Below, piece by piece: positions 53,366 through 61,121 of a DNA stretch of 64,000 bases. Source of the DNA: Candidatus Obscuribacteraceae bacterium (lineage in GTDB: Bacteria; Cyanobacteriota; Vampirovibrionia; Obscuribacterales; Obscuribacteraceae). A program made the translations under genes and the position numbers. Numbering within the stretch: the first letter of the stretch is position 1; each line of letters begins with the position of its first letter. The notes under the pieces are model-generated. The model made no database searches. It was not told where the DNA came from and saw only the letters and a list, made by a program, of their open reading frames with translations. The DNA lies in NCBI GenBank assembly GCA_044229845.1, contig JBGASG010000003.1, positions 454,518 through 518,517 of the forward strand, given 5' to 3'.

Positions 53366-53743
53366 ATGCCGACCGGATCCGAATCTTTTGACCTGCAAGC
53401 CACCCTCAACGCGGTGGGAGATGCTTTCACCATCGTTCTCTGTCGAATCGGATTTGAAGCCGGTGCGCACGGACTCCTGGCTGCGTCCGTTGTCGGCATG
53501 CTTGGGTTCTATCTCTGGCGGAAAAGGCACAGAGCCGGCCGGCCTCTGTTGATGGTATGCCGAAAGTTGGTGATCGTCTGCGGAATTATGGTGGTTCCAG
53601 GACTGATCGCGATGGTAACGGCAGGTAAATTGCCGCAGGTCGGGACGCTGCAGCTCAATTCCATCGGACTGCTGGGTTTCTGGACGTTGGTCATCCTCCA
53701 TTTGTCGATGGAAGAGATGAATTTCGAGTGGTTCAAATCCTAA
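53366..53743 (+). CDS. hypothetical membrane protein
   Basis: Three hydrophobic segments. Confidence 0.6.
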   Translation: MPTGSESFDLQATLNAVGDAFTIVLCRIGFEAGAHGLLAASVVGMLGFYLWRKRHRAGRPLLMVCRKLVIVCGIMVVPGLIAMVTAGKLPQVGTLQLNSIGLLGFWTLVILHLSMEEMNFEWFKS

Positions 53744-53823
53744 TTTGACGACCGCGGCAGTTGTTCAATGCACGCGAGGCTCTATGCGCCTCCTGCTGTA
53801 GAATGGAACTATTGAGGTAAGCC

Positions 53824-54570
53824 ATGCAGAAGTTAATCACTGCTCTTTCCCTTCTGACGGTGCTCTTGAGCAGCGCATCCAGCGTCATGGCCCAGCAGCA
53901 ACGAACGGGAGCCACTGTCGGTGCATCGCCTGGCTACGCACGCCCCTTCTATGGCGGACTCGGACAACCAGTTTACGGTGGTCCGGTTTATGGGACCCCG
54001 GTCTACGGCGGTTACGGTGGCGGACCGGTGTACGGAACTCCCGGCTACGGCGGCTACGGCTATCAACCATACGGCAGCAGCACCTGGCGTCCAACACTGG
54101 GATCGCCGTATGCAAACAACTACTATCCTGCCGGCGGAGTTTACGGCGCTCCTGCTTATTACGCGCCACCAACTGCAGTATCAGGCAATTTTTTCCGATT
54201 TGGCAATTTTTCGGCCGCAACTAACGTCACTTACTGGCGCTCCCCCTCCGGTTACTACTACCCATGGGGCGCCAACTGGGCAGCCGGCTCGCCCGTGATC
54301 ATCGTCCAGCAAGGACAATCTCAGCCGACGAAACCGCCTATCTCGACTGTTCTGAACGATATGGAACGCTACGTCACCGAAGCCAAAGACAAAGGTCAGG
54401 TGTCCGAGAAGGACTACGCCGGCATCCAGCAGCGAATCAGCGACCTGCGCCGCAAGTTCTCATCCATGCTGACCGCTAATGATGGCGACCTCGACGCCCA
54501 GGATGACGAATATTTCCGCCGCGATCTGGACACTTTGTCCCGTGACATCTCCTATCGCGTCAAAATCTAG
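53824..54570 (+). CDS. exported Gly/Tyr/Pro-repeat protein
   Basis: GAGG RBS, signal peptide, PVYGG/PVYGT repeats, helical C-terminus. Confidence 0.75.
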   Translation: MQKLITALSLLTVLLSSASSVMAQQQRTGATVGASPGYARPFYGGLGQPVYGGPVYGTPVYGGYGGGPVYGTPGYGGYGYQPYGSSTWRPTLGSPYANNYYPAGGVYGAPAYYAPPTAVSGNFFRFGNFSAATNVTYWRSPSGYYYPWGANWAAGSPVIIVQQGQSQPTKPPISTVLNDMERYVTEAKDKGQVSEKDYAGIQQRISDLRRKFSSMLTANDGDLDAQDDEYFRRDLDTLSRDISYRVKI

Positions 54571-54573
54571 CTG

Positions 54574-54597
54574 CGCTATTTGCAGTAGTTTTTCGCG
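54574..54597. repeat. 24-bp palindrome copy
   Basis: CGCTATTTGC-AGTA-GTTTTTCGCG, in the 34-bp convergent gap. Confidence 0.75.
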
Positions 54598-54604
54598 TGA
54601 TGAA

Positions 54605-55231
54605 CTAGTTCATCACTTCTTGCACTAAGCGTCGCAGCTCGTCCTGGACGGAACTCATCGGTGCAGCAGCATCGAGGATCCGCCAGCGCTTCGGATCGCG
54701 TTTCGACAACGTGAGGTAACCTTCGCGCACACGTCGATGGAAGTCGAGCGCTTCGCGTTCCAGGCGATCGTGTCCGGATGGATGCAGTCGCGACAACCCT
54801 TCGCTACTTTCTATGTCGAAGAGAATCGTCAAATCCGGTTTCAATCCGCTGGTCGCCACTTCATTCAGCATATCGATTAGTTTTTCATCGATGCCACGCC
54901 CAAAGCCTTGATAGGCGGCAGTCGAATCGATATACCGATCGCAAAAAACGACTTTTCCCGCCTTCAGCCCCGGAACAATAACCTCCGAAACGTTTTGCGC
55001 TCTATCCGCTTCGTAAAGAAGCAATTCCGTCAGAGGATGGACTTCGCTTTCGGAATTGAGCAAGATCCGGCGAATCGGCTTGCCCAGTGCTGTTCCACCA
55101 GGATCGCGGGTGATGACGTGTTCGATACCGCTGTCCTCGAGGTGCTTGGACAGCAGTTTCAATTGTGTTGTTTTGCCGGCGCCTTCCGGTCCTTCAAGAG
55201 TGATAAAGACGCCAGGATATTGCTCTGTCAT
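54605..55231 (-). CDS. tmk: thymidylate kinase
   Basis: FITLEGPEGAGKTTQ, CDRY, AYQG, DRLE. Confidence 0.97.
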   Translation of the reverse strand: MTEQYPGVFITLEGPEGAGKTTQLKLLSKHLEDSGIEHVITRDPGGTALGKPIRRILLNSESEVHPLTELLLYEADRAQNVSEVIVPGLKAGKVVFCDRYIDSTAAYQGFGRGIDEKLIDMLNEVATSGLKPDLTILFDIESSEGLSRLHPSGHDRLEREALDFHRRVREGYLTLSKRDPKRWRILDAAAPMSSVQDELRRLVQEVMN

Positions 55232-55932
55232 TACCTGCCGACAAGAGATTGCATGGTGCTGGTCAGTTCTTGCTCATCCATTCCACCGACATGCGAGTTC
55301 ACCACATTGCCTTTGGAATCGAGAAACACGATCGTAGGAACCGCATGAACATTGTATTTTTCGGTGATGTTCATCGTAGCCTTATCGTCGATGTCGATTT
55401 TCTGTACATCGATTTTACCGTTGAACATTCCAGAAACTTTCTCAAACGTCGGCGCAAATCGTTTGCAGGGTCCGCACCAGGTTGCAGAGAATTCTATGAC
55501 CCTAGGCTTAGTGCCGGTCACCGCTGCCGCCGGCTTCGCATTGACGGATGCTTTTTCTGCAGACTTGCCGGCAGCCTTGTCCAGATTTTGCAGACCTTGC
55601 TGAGCCTTCGACTTCAACGATTCGTTGCTGGACGAGCTGACAACCCATTCGTACTCTTTGCGCGCTTCAGCCAACTGCTTGAGCTGCTGATACGACAGTG
55701 CCAGATAGTAGTGACTGAGGTCATCATTTGGAGTGGCTTGCAGACACGCTTGCAATTGCGTCACAGCATCACTGTACTTCTTCGCTTTGTAGGCTTTGAC
55801 AGCAGCGTCGCGCGGGGACGATTCTGCACGTGCGCCACTGACGGCCATGACGGCGAACATCATCACACAGAGAGAAGCTATGGCAGCCAGCGCCTTTCTA
55901 TTCATCACTTTGGCATCCTCGAAAAATGGCAC
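55231..55932 (-). CDS. exported TPR + thioredoxin fusion; start may be slightly downstream
   Basis: Signal peptide, TPR pair, WCGPC, AVPT; TAATG-coupled to tmk. Confidence 0.85.
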   Translation of the reverse strand: MPFFEDAKVMNRKALAAIASLCVMMFAVMAVSGARAESSPRDAAVKAYKAKKYSDAVTQLQACLQATPNDDLSHYYLALSYQQLKQLAEARKEYEWVVSSSSNESLKSKAQQGLQNLDKAAGKSAEKASVNAKPAAAVTGTKPRVIEFSATWCGPCKRFAPTFEKVSGMFNGKIDVQKIDIDDKATMNITEKYNVHAVPTIVFLDSKGNVVNSHVGGMDEQELTSTMQSLVGR

Positions 55933-56073
55933 AAGAGACTATTGTTTCACAACCACCGCCAGTTCGCTCACGCCACCAACCTCTTTGCGCCAAGGCGCAA
56001 CAAACATCTCTTGGCAGGCACGGGAAAGCGGCGCGGGTACTGACACTGCACCCAGTGCGGTCCTCGTTCGACA

Positions 56074-56097
56074 CGCGAAAATCTTTTGTACTTCGCG
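56074..56097. repeat. 24-bp palindrome copy
   Basis: CGCGAAAATC-TTTT-GTACTTCGCG. Confidence 0.85.
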
Positions 56098-56130
56098 TGC
56101 CTGAAATTCTCAATTTCCGCGCGAGCGGCA

Positions 56131-56892
56131 CTAAGTCGAGATGTCGACAGCTGAGTAGGTTTCATCGTAGCCGCACAGCCAGTTTGAGGCGCGATGACGT
56201 TCGCTGACTATGGCGTTGCAGATATGGCGTTCATCATCATGCGCGCACGCGATTCCCTGCTCGCGAATCGCCAGGTCACCGTCGATCAGCCTTGCCGCAC
56301 CCAGGTTGAGTTCGCCAAAGCGGGAGTTTTTCGCAATTTTGACGAAATCGATTGTCTGCCGATCGATCGCGTGGAAGTAATTCAATCGCCAGTGAATCGC
56401 AAACATCTGATCCGCAAACACATCGATTTCCCCCCCGTCGCGCAGTTTGGCCTTTTCCACCAGCTGCTTAGCCTTGGGATCTAGAAATCGAACAACTTCT
56501 CGCACATCTCCAACGTGAGCGGGCTCGTCATATGGTGGCAGTTTCTCATACAATCCAAGCGCCCAGGCAAGCGCCGCCACAGCCTCAATGCGCCACGCAG
56601 CGTCAATGTCGATGGGCGGTTCCAGCGTCCCCACCGGCTCCTGCAAGAGGTCCACCTCTGCCGGCTCCAATTCGTCCCAGATGTCCAGTCGATCCAGCCA
56701 CGTGAGAATGTCCAGCCGCGCGCTATCCGAACCTTCCTGGTCGGAGTAAGGCTCCAGCAGCCCACGGGCGGCGACCGCCATCAGCGCCAGCATGCGGCGG
56801 GCGACACGGTCAGCCGGTGGCGCGTCGTCGTTGATGGGTGTGGGCTCGTCGATTAAATCAGGTTCCGGGGGCACAGCCATGCTCGAAATCAT
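56131..56892 (-). CDS. DUF4272 family protein
   Basis: WRIEAVAALAWALG, HW, ERHRASNWL. Confidence 0.75.
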   Translation of the reverse strand: MISSMAVPPEPDLIDEPTPINDDAPPADRVARRMLALMAVAARGLLEPYSDQEGSDSARLDILTWLDRLDIWDELEPAEVDLLQEPVGTLEPPIDIDAAWRIEAVAALAWALGLYEKLPPYDEPAHVGDVREVVRFLDPKAKQLVEKAKLRDGGEIDVFADQMFAIHWRLNYFHAIDRQTIDFVKIAKNSRFGELNLGAARLIDGDLAIREQGIACAHDDERHICNAIVSERHRASNWLCGYDETYSAVDIST

Positions 56893-57044
56893 CTCGTTTC
56901 AGACGGTCTTTTGCAAGCGTACGTGATATCATTTTCGCCAATTCAGTTCCAATCATTTGAATTTATGAGTCTTTTGTTGCAGCTGCTCTCTGGAGCGGCC
57001 GCGTTTTTGTGCCTGTATCCAGGCAGGCAGGAGGGTTTGTTTTT

Positions 57045-58553
57045 ATGAGTGCAACGCTGGCAGCGCCCCGCGCGAAAGTCGATACCAAGTGGCAACTGTA
57101 CATCGCCGGCGCTTGGGAAGACGGAGCGTCACAACGCACCTTGATTAACCCGGGAACGGGCGAAGAACTTTGCAAGGTGCCGGAAGCCTCGGTTCAGCAA
57201 GTTGAAAAGGCGATTAAAGCCGCTCGCAAGGCCTTCGATGAAGGCACGTGGCGCAACACCACCAACGCAGAACGCGCCACCTTCCTCTACAAGGTCGCCG
57301 ACAAGATCGATGAACATGCCGAAGAACTGGCAGAATTGGAAACCCTGAACGCCGGCAAACCGTTGCGTGAAGCCAAGTATGACGTAGCCGATTCGGCCAA
57401 CTGCTTCCGCTATTATGCCGGACTGATCACCAAGCCAACCGGACAGACAATGGATGTTCCAGCTCCTTCGGTAAGCATGGTCGTCCGCGAGCCGGTCGGC
57501 GTCTGCGCGCAAATCATTCCGTGGAACTATCCTTTATTGATGGCTGCCTGGAAACTGGCACCAGCACTGGCTGCCGGCAATGCCTGCATCCTCAAGCCGA
57601 GCGAATTGACACCGCTCACCGCCCTGCGCCTGGTTCAACTTATTCATGAACTGGACGTGCTTCCGAAAGGCGTCCTCAGCGTCGTCTGCGGCGACGGCAA
57701 AGCCGGAGTACCGCTAGCCGAAAGCGATCTGGTCGACAAAGTTGCTTTCACCGGCAGCGTGCCCACCGGCAAACGCGTCGCGCAAGCCGCATTGGGCAAC
57801 TTGAAAAAAGTAACTCTGGAACTGGGCGGCAAATCCCCGATGATCGTCTTTGATGACGTCGATGTAGACACAGCCGTCGATTACGCTCTCTTTGCCATCT
57901 ACTGCAACGCCGGTCAAGTTTGCTCCGCCGGTTCGCGTTTCGTCGTCAATGAAAAATTGCACGATGAATTCGTGAAGAAACTCGTAGCACGCGCGAAAAA
58001 AATCAAGATTGGCTACGGCTTCGATGACGAAGCAGAAATGGGTCCGCTCGTCAGCGAAGCCCAACTGAAGCGCGTCGAAGAGTTTGTAGAAATCGGCAAA
58101 AAAGAAGGCGCCAAATTGGAATGCGGCGGCAACCGTCCGCAAGATGCGAAGCTCAAGAAAGGTTTCTACCTCGAGCCCACCGTCTTCTCCAATGTGAAAC
58201 CGGACATGCGCATCGTCCAGGAAGAAATCTTTGGACCGGTGTGCGTGGTGCAAAAGTTCAAGACCGAGGAAGAAGCCATCAAGTTGGCCAATGACACTAC
58301 TTTCGGTTTGGCAGGCGCCGTCTTCACCAAGGATGTCACCCGCGCCTACCGGGTGGTCAAGGCGATTCGCGCCGGCATCACCTGGATCAACGGCTACCAC
58401 TCGACCTACAACGAGTGCCCGTGGGGCGGCTACAAGCAGAGCGGCTGGGGCCGCGAGCTGGGCACCTTCGGTCTGGATGCCTACACCGAAGTGAAGCAAA
58501 TCAACCTCAACCTCGATCCTAATCCGGTCGGCTGGTTCGAGAAGCGCGACTAG
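57045..58553 (+). CDS. NAD-dependent aldehyde dehydrogenase (betaine/aminoaldehyde type)
   Basis: PWNYP, FTGS, LELGGKSP, GQVCSAG, EEIFGP. Confidence 0.95.
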   Translation: MSATLAAPRAKVDTKWQLYIAGAWEDGASQRTLINPGTGEELCKVPEASVQQVEKAIKAARKAFDEGTWRNTTNAERATFLYKVADKIDEHAEELAELETLNAGKPLREAKYDVADSANCFRYYAGLITKPTGQTMDVPAPSVSMVVREPVGVCAQIIPWNYPLLMAAWKLAPALAAGNACILKPSELTPLTALRLVQLIHELDVLPKGVLSVVCGDGKAGVPLAESDLVDKVAFTGSVPTGKRVAQAALGNLKKVTLELGGKSPMIVFDDVDVDTAVDYALFAIYCNAGQVCSAGSRFVVNEKLHDEFVKKLVARAKKIKIGYGFDDEAEMGPLVSEAQLKRVEEFVEIGKKEGAKLECGGNRPQDAKLKKGFYLEPTVFSNVKPDMRIVQEEIFGPVCVVQKFKTEEEAIKLANDTTFGLAGAVFTKDVTRAYRVVKAIRAGITWINGYHSTYNECPWGGYKQSGWGRELGTFGLDAYTEVKQINLNLDPNPVGWFEKRD

Positions 58554-58656
58554 TTGAATGCAGCACCGGGCGTGGTGGCTGACACCATGCTCGGTGGCAC
58601 TGCGCGTCATCTCGCAGCAAAGTGCTTTGTGCATCCGCTGCATATACACAGTTTTC

Positions 58657-58685
58657 AACCCGCGCTTCCCATAAGCGCGGGTTTT
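58657..58685 (+). terminator. intrinsic terminator after aldehyde dehydrogenase
   Basis: AACCCGCGCTT-CCCAT-AAGCGCGGGTTTT. Confidence 0.8.
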
Positions 58686-58743
58686 AACTAACTGGGCGCG
58701 GAATCATCTATAATCCCACGATATTTCGGAGGACTTCTCGACC

Positions 58744-59412
58744 ATGAAACGCTCGCCCTGCCTCTCCACCGCTATTGCCGTCGCCGTCGCAGCGATTTGC
58801 AGTCTGGGGAGCGCCAGCTCTGCTCTCGCCGACGGCAGCAAGACCGGCGCCGCACCCGGTGCGCCGACCACCGTCGAAGAAGTCAAAATGCCCGATCCGG
58901 TCAAGGAAAAGCTGCGCGCTTCGATCGCCAGGTCGATGCAAAAGATGGCCGATTTCAAGCAGGGATCGTTCTCGATGAAGTATCCGTCCAACTGGCGCAA
59001 GGGCGGCGCTTGCGAGCCGGGGCAGATCATGATGTTTCAAACTGAACAGGGATTGGTCAGCGTGATCGTCGGCGTGCAGAAAATCACCGATAAAGACACC
59101 CTGGAAGCTTACAATCAGGCGCGCGTCGACGGTCTCAAGAAGGCTCTGGGCGCCAAGATGACCGTTCTCTCCAACAGTCCGTTGAGCGTCAAGGGCGCCA
59201 AAGCGATGCAGCTCACTTATCGAGGCGACATCGACCAGGACGGCAAACTATTCAAAATGCGCCAGCAGCAAATTCTCGCACTCAATGGTGATACCGCATA
59301 TAATGCGCAGTTCAACGCACCGGATGAAATGTTCAATGACTTTCAGCAGGTGTTCAACGCCATGATCGATTCGATGGTGATCGCCGACAGCAAAGAAGCC
59401 AGTTCGCGGTGA
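58744..59412 (+). CDS. exported PsbP/DcrB-fold protein
   Basis: FSMKYPSNW motif, C-terminal F..MIDS. Confidence 0.7.
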   Translation: MKRSPCLSTAIAVAVAAICSLGSASSALADGSKTGAAPGAPTTVEEVKMPDPVKEKLRASIARSMQKMADFKQGSFSMKYPSNWRKGGACEPGQIMMFQTEQGLVSVIVGVQKITDKDTLEAYNQARVDGLKKALGAKMTVLSNSPLSVKGAKAMQLTYRGDIDQDGKLFKMRQQQILALNGDTAYNAQFNAPDEMFNDFQQVFNAMIDSMVIADSKEASSR

Positions 59413-60086
59413 CCGCCAAAAACAACGGAACATCCACAGTCGGCAAGCAACCTCCGCCGCAGAATGTCCGCATCGTGGGCGCGGTTTTGATTGGTGCCGC
59501 AGCGCTTGCGGCCTTGTGTTTCTTCCTCAATCCAAACGCAGACAAATCTCCTAAATCGCAATCGCCAGCCGCGCAGGTAGCACAAAAGATTGTCGTCGCG
59601 CGACAAAAGGTTCATGAAGCCGCAGTGGAATCGATGAACAGCGGTATGCAGGAGTTTCGTCGCGGCGACTTCACGATCAGCTATCCGAAAAATTGGCAAA
59701 CTGAAGAGGTCAACATCGCATCGGCCCAAATGTTTCGTGCCGGCACCCTCGGTGGCATCGCAAACGTGACTGTCACCACCTCCAAAGCCGACGAGAAGGA
59801 CCTGGAGTCCTGGACGAAAACCACGATCAGCAACTTGAAGTACGTGGCCGGACCTGACGCTTCCCTGTTGTCCGTAAAACCGATCGCGTTGAACAACAGC
59901 AAAGGCAATCAAATCATCTTCGAAGCGCAGCCGGAGGGTGTCGCATCGCGCGTCAAACAACAATTGATCCTGGTGGCAAAAAGAGGCACCGGCTACACAA
60001 TCGCACTTTCGACTCCGGTGCAGTATTACCCTGAATTCGAGAAGTTGTTTCAGACTATCGTCGCATCGATCAAGGTCGGCGAATAG
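59409..60086 (+). CDS. membrane-anchored PsbP/DcrB-fold protein, paralog of previous gene
   Basis: FTISYPKNW motif, C-terminal FQTIVASI; GTGA overlap. Confidence 0.7.
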   Translation: MTAKNNGTSTVGKQPPPQNVRIVGAVLIGAAALAALCFFLNPNADKSPKSQSPAAQVAQKIVVARQKVHEAAVESMNSGMQEFRRGDFTISYPKNWQTEEVNIASAQMFRAGTLGGIANVTVTTSKADEKDLESWTKTTISNLKYVAGPDASLLSVKPIALNNSKGNQIIFEAQPEGVASRVKQQLILVAKRGTGYTIALSTPVQYYPEFEKLFQTIVASIKVGE

Positions 60087-60143
60087 GCGCCTGTGGCGCT
60101 CGTGATAGAATTCGCACCGCCGTCATGAGAGCTTGAATCGATG

Positions 60144-60167
60144 CGCGAAAAACAGCAGTTCATCGCG
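60144..60167. repeat. 24-bp palindrome copy
   Basis: CGCGAAAAAC-AGCA-GTTCATCGCG. Confidence 0.88.
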
Positions 60168-60186
60168 CAGCCCGAGGACAACGAGC

Positions 60187-61020
60187 GTGAGCAGTTTCGG
60201 ATACGCTAAACCCTGGTGCGCTGCGATCAGCAGCTTGATCGTGCTGTGCATTTGCATTGCCCAGCCAGCGATTGCCGGGATGCGTGCTCACACCGAAACG
60301 AAAGTTCGAATCGGCATCCCCGCCACTCACGTCGAAACGCTCGACGAATCGAATCATTCGGAATCTTGTTTGATTGTTGAGAGCATCGACATCGAGGGTA
60401 ATCACTGGATTCCAGCGGAACTTATTCGTGCCGCCATCAAGACCCGCCCAGGTAGTCGGTTCGATCGCTCGGCAATCATGAACGATCTTCGAGCTATTGA
60501 TTCACTTGGGTATTTCGACGCTCACAGGCTCCAAGTCATTCCAGAAATGACATCAAACACGGGCGTCCGACTGCGAATCCGGGTAGTCGAGAATGCGCTG
60601 GTACGCAAATTCAGTTTCGCGGGAAATTGGCGTATTTCTAGGTTGGAACTAAATCGCCTCTTTGTAGGCCAATTATGGAAACCCCAAAACCCCTACGAAC
60701 TCCAGGCAGCGATCAGTGAGATTCAGAAGCACTACCGAAAGTTAGGAATACCCTTCGCAAAGGTTGAATTGATCAATCTACCGGATGAGACGGTAGGAGT
60801 CTTAATCAGTGAAACCAATCCCGCCATCATCAAAGTGCCGGTTCGCAACGGTGTGCCGATCTTTCCCTCTCCGGTTCGCAAGGTTCCCCAGGTCGACGAA
60901 CGAATCATGAAATTTCTTCGCGATCGGGCAGTTATACCGGCACCACGAGTGATACCACTAGATTTGAACGATGTCGCGGACAATGGCTTATCGGACGCAC
61001 CAACACAACAGACAATCTAA
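60187..61020 (+). CDS. POTRA-only protein, paralog of adjacent BamA POTRA domains; start uncertain
   Basis: Collinear with BamA POTRA1-2; no barrel. Confidence 0.75.
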   Translation: MSSFGYAKPWCAAISSLIVLCICIAQPAIAGMRAHTETKVRIGIPATHVETLDESNHSESCLIVESIDIEGNHWIPAELIRAAIKTRPGSRFDRSAIMNDLRAIDSLGYFDAHRLQVIPEMTSNTGVRLRIRVVENALVRKFSFAGNWRISRLELNRLFVGQLWKPQNPYELQAAISEIQKHYRKLGIPFAKVELINLPDETVGVLISETNPAIIKVPVRNGVPIFPSPVRKVPQVDERIMKFLRDRAVIPAPRVIPLDLNDVADNGLSDAPTQQTI

Positions 61021-61121
61021 ACCATCCTTAAAGTCAAGAGGAGAAACTCCTTGGCATGATTGGTCGTCGTGTTAGAATGACGCCTGCGTGGCGTTGCCGC
61101 GCCCCTTTTGAGCGGAGTTGC

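Noticed and set aside
1102..60167. Palindromes as a CRISPR array
   Set aside because: Copies are kilobases apart, degenerate and not separated by uniform spacers; no cas genes are present.
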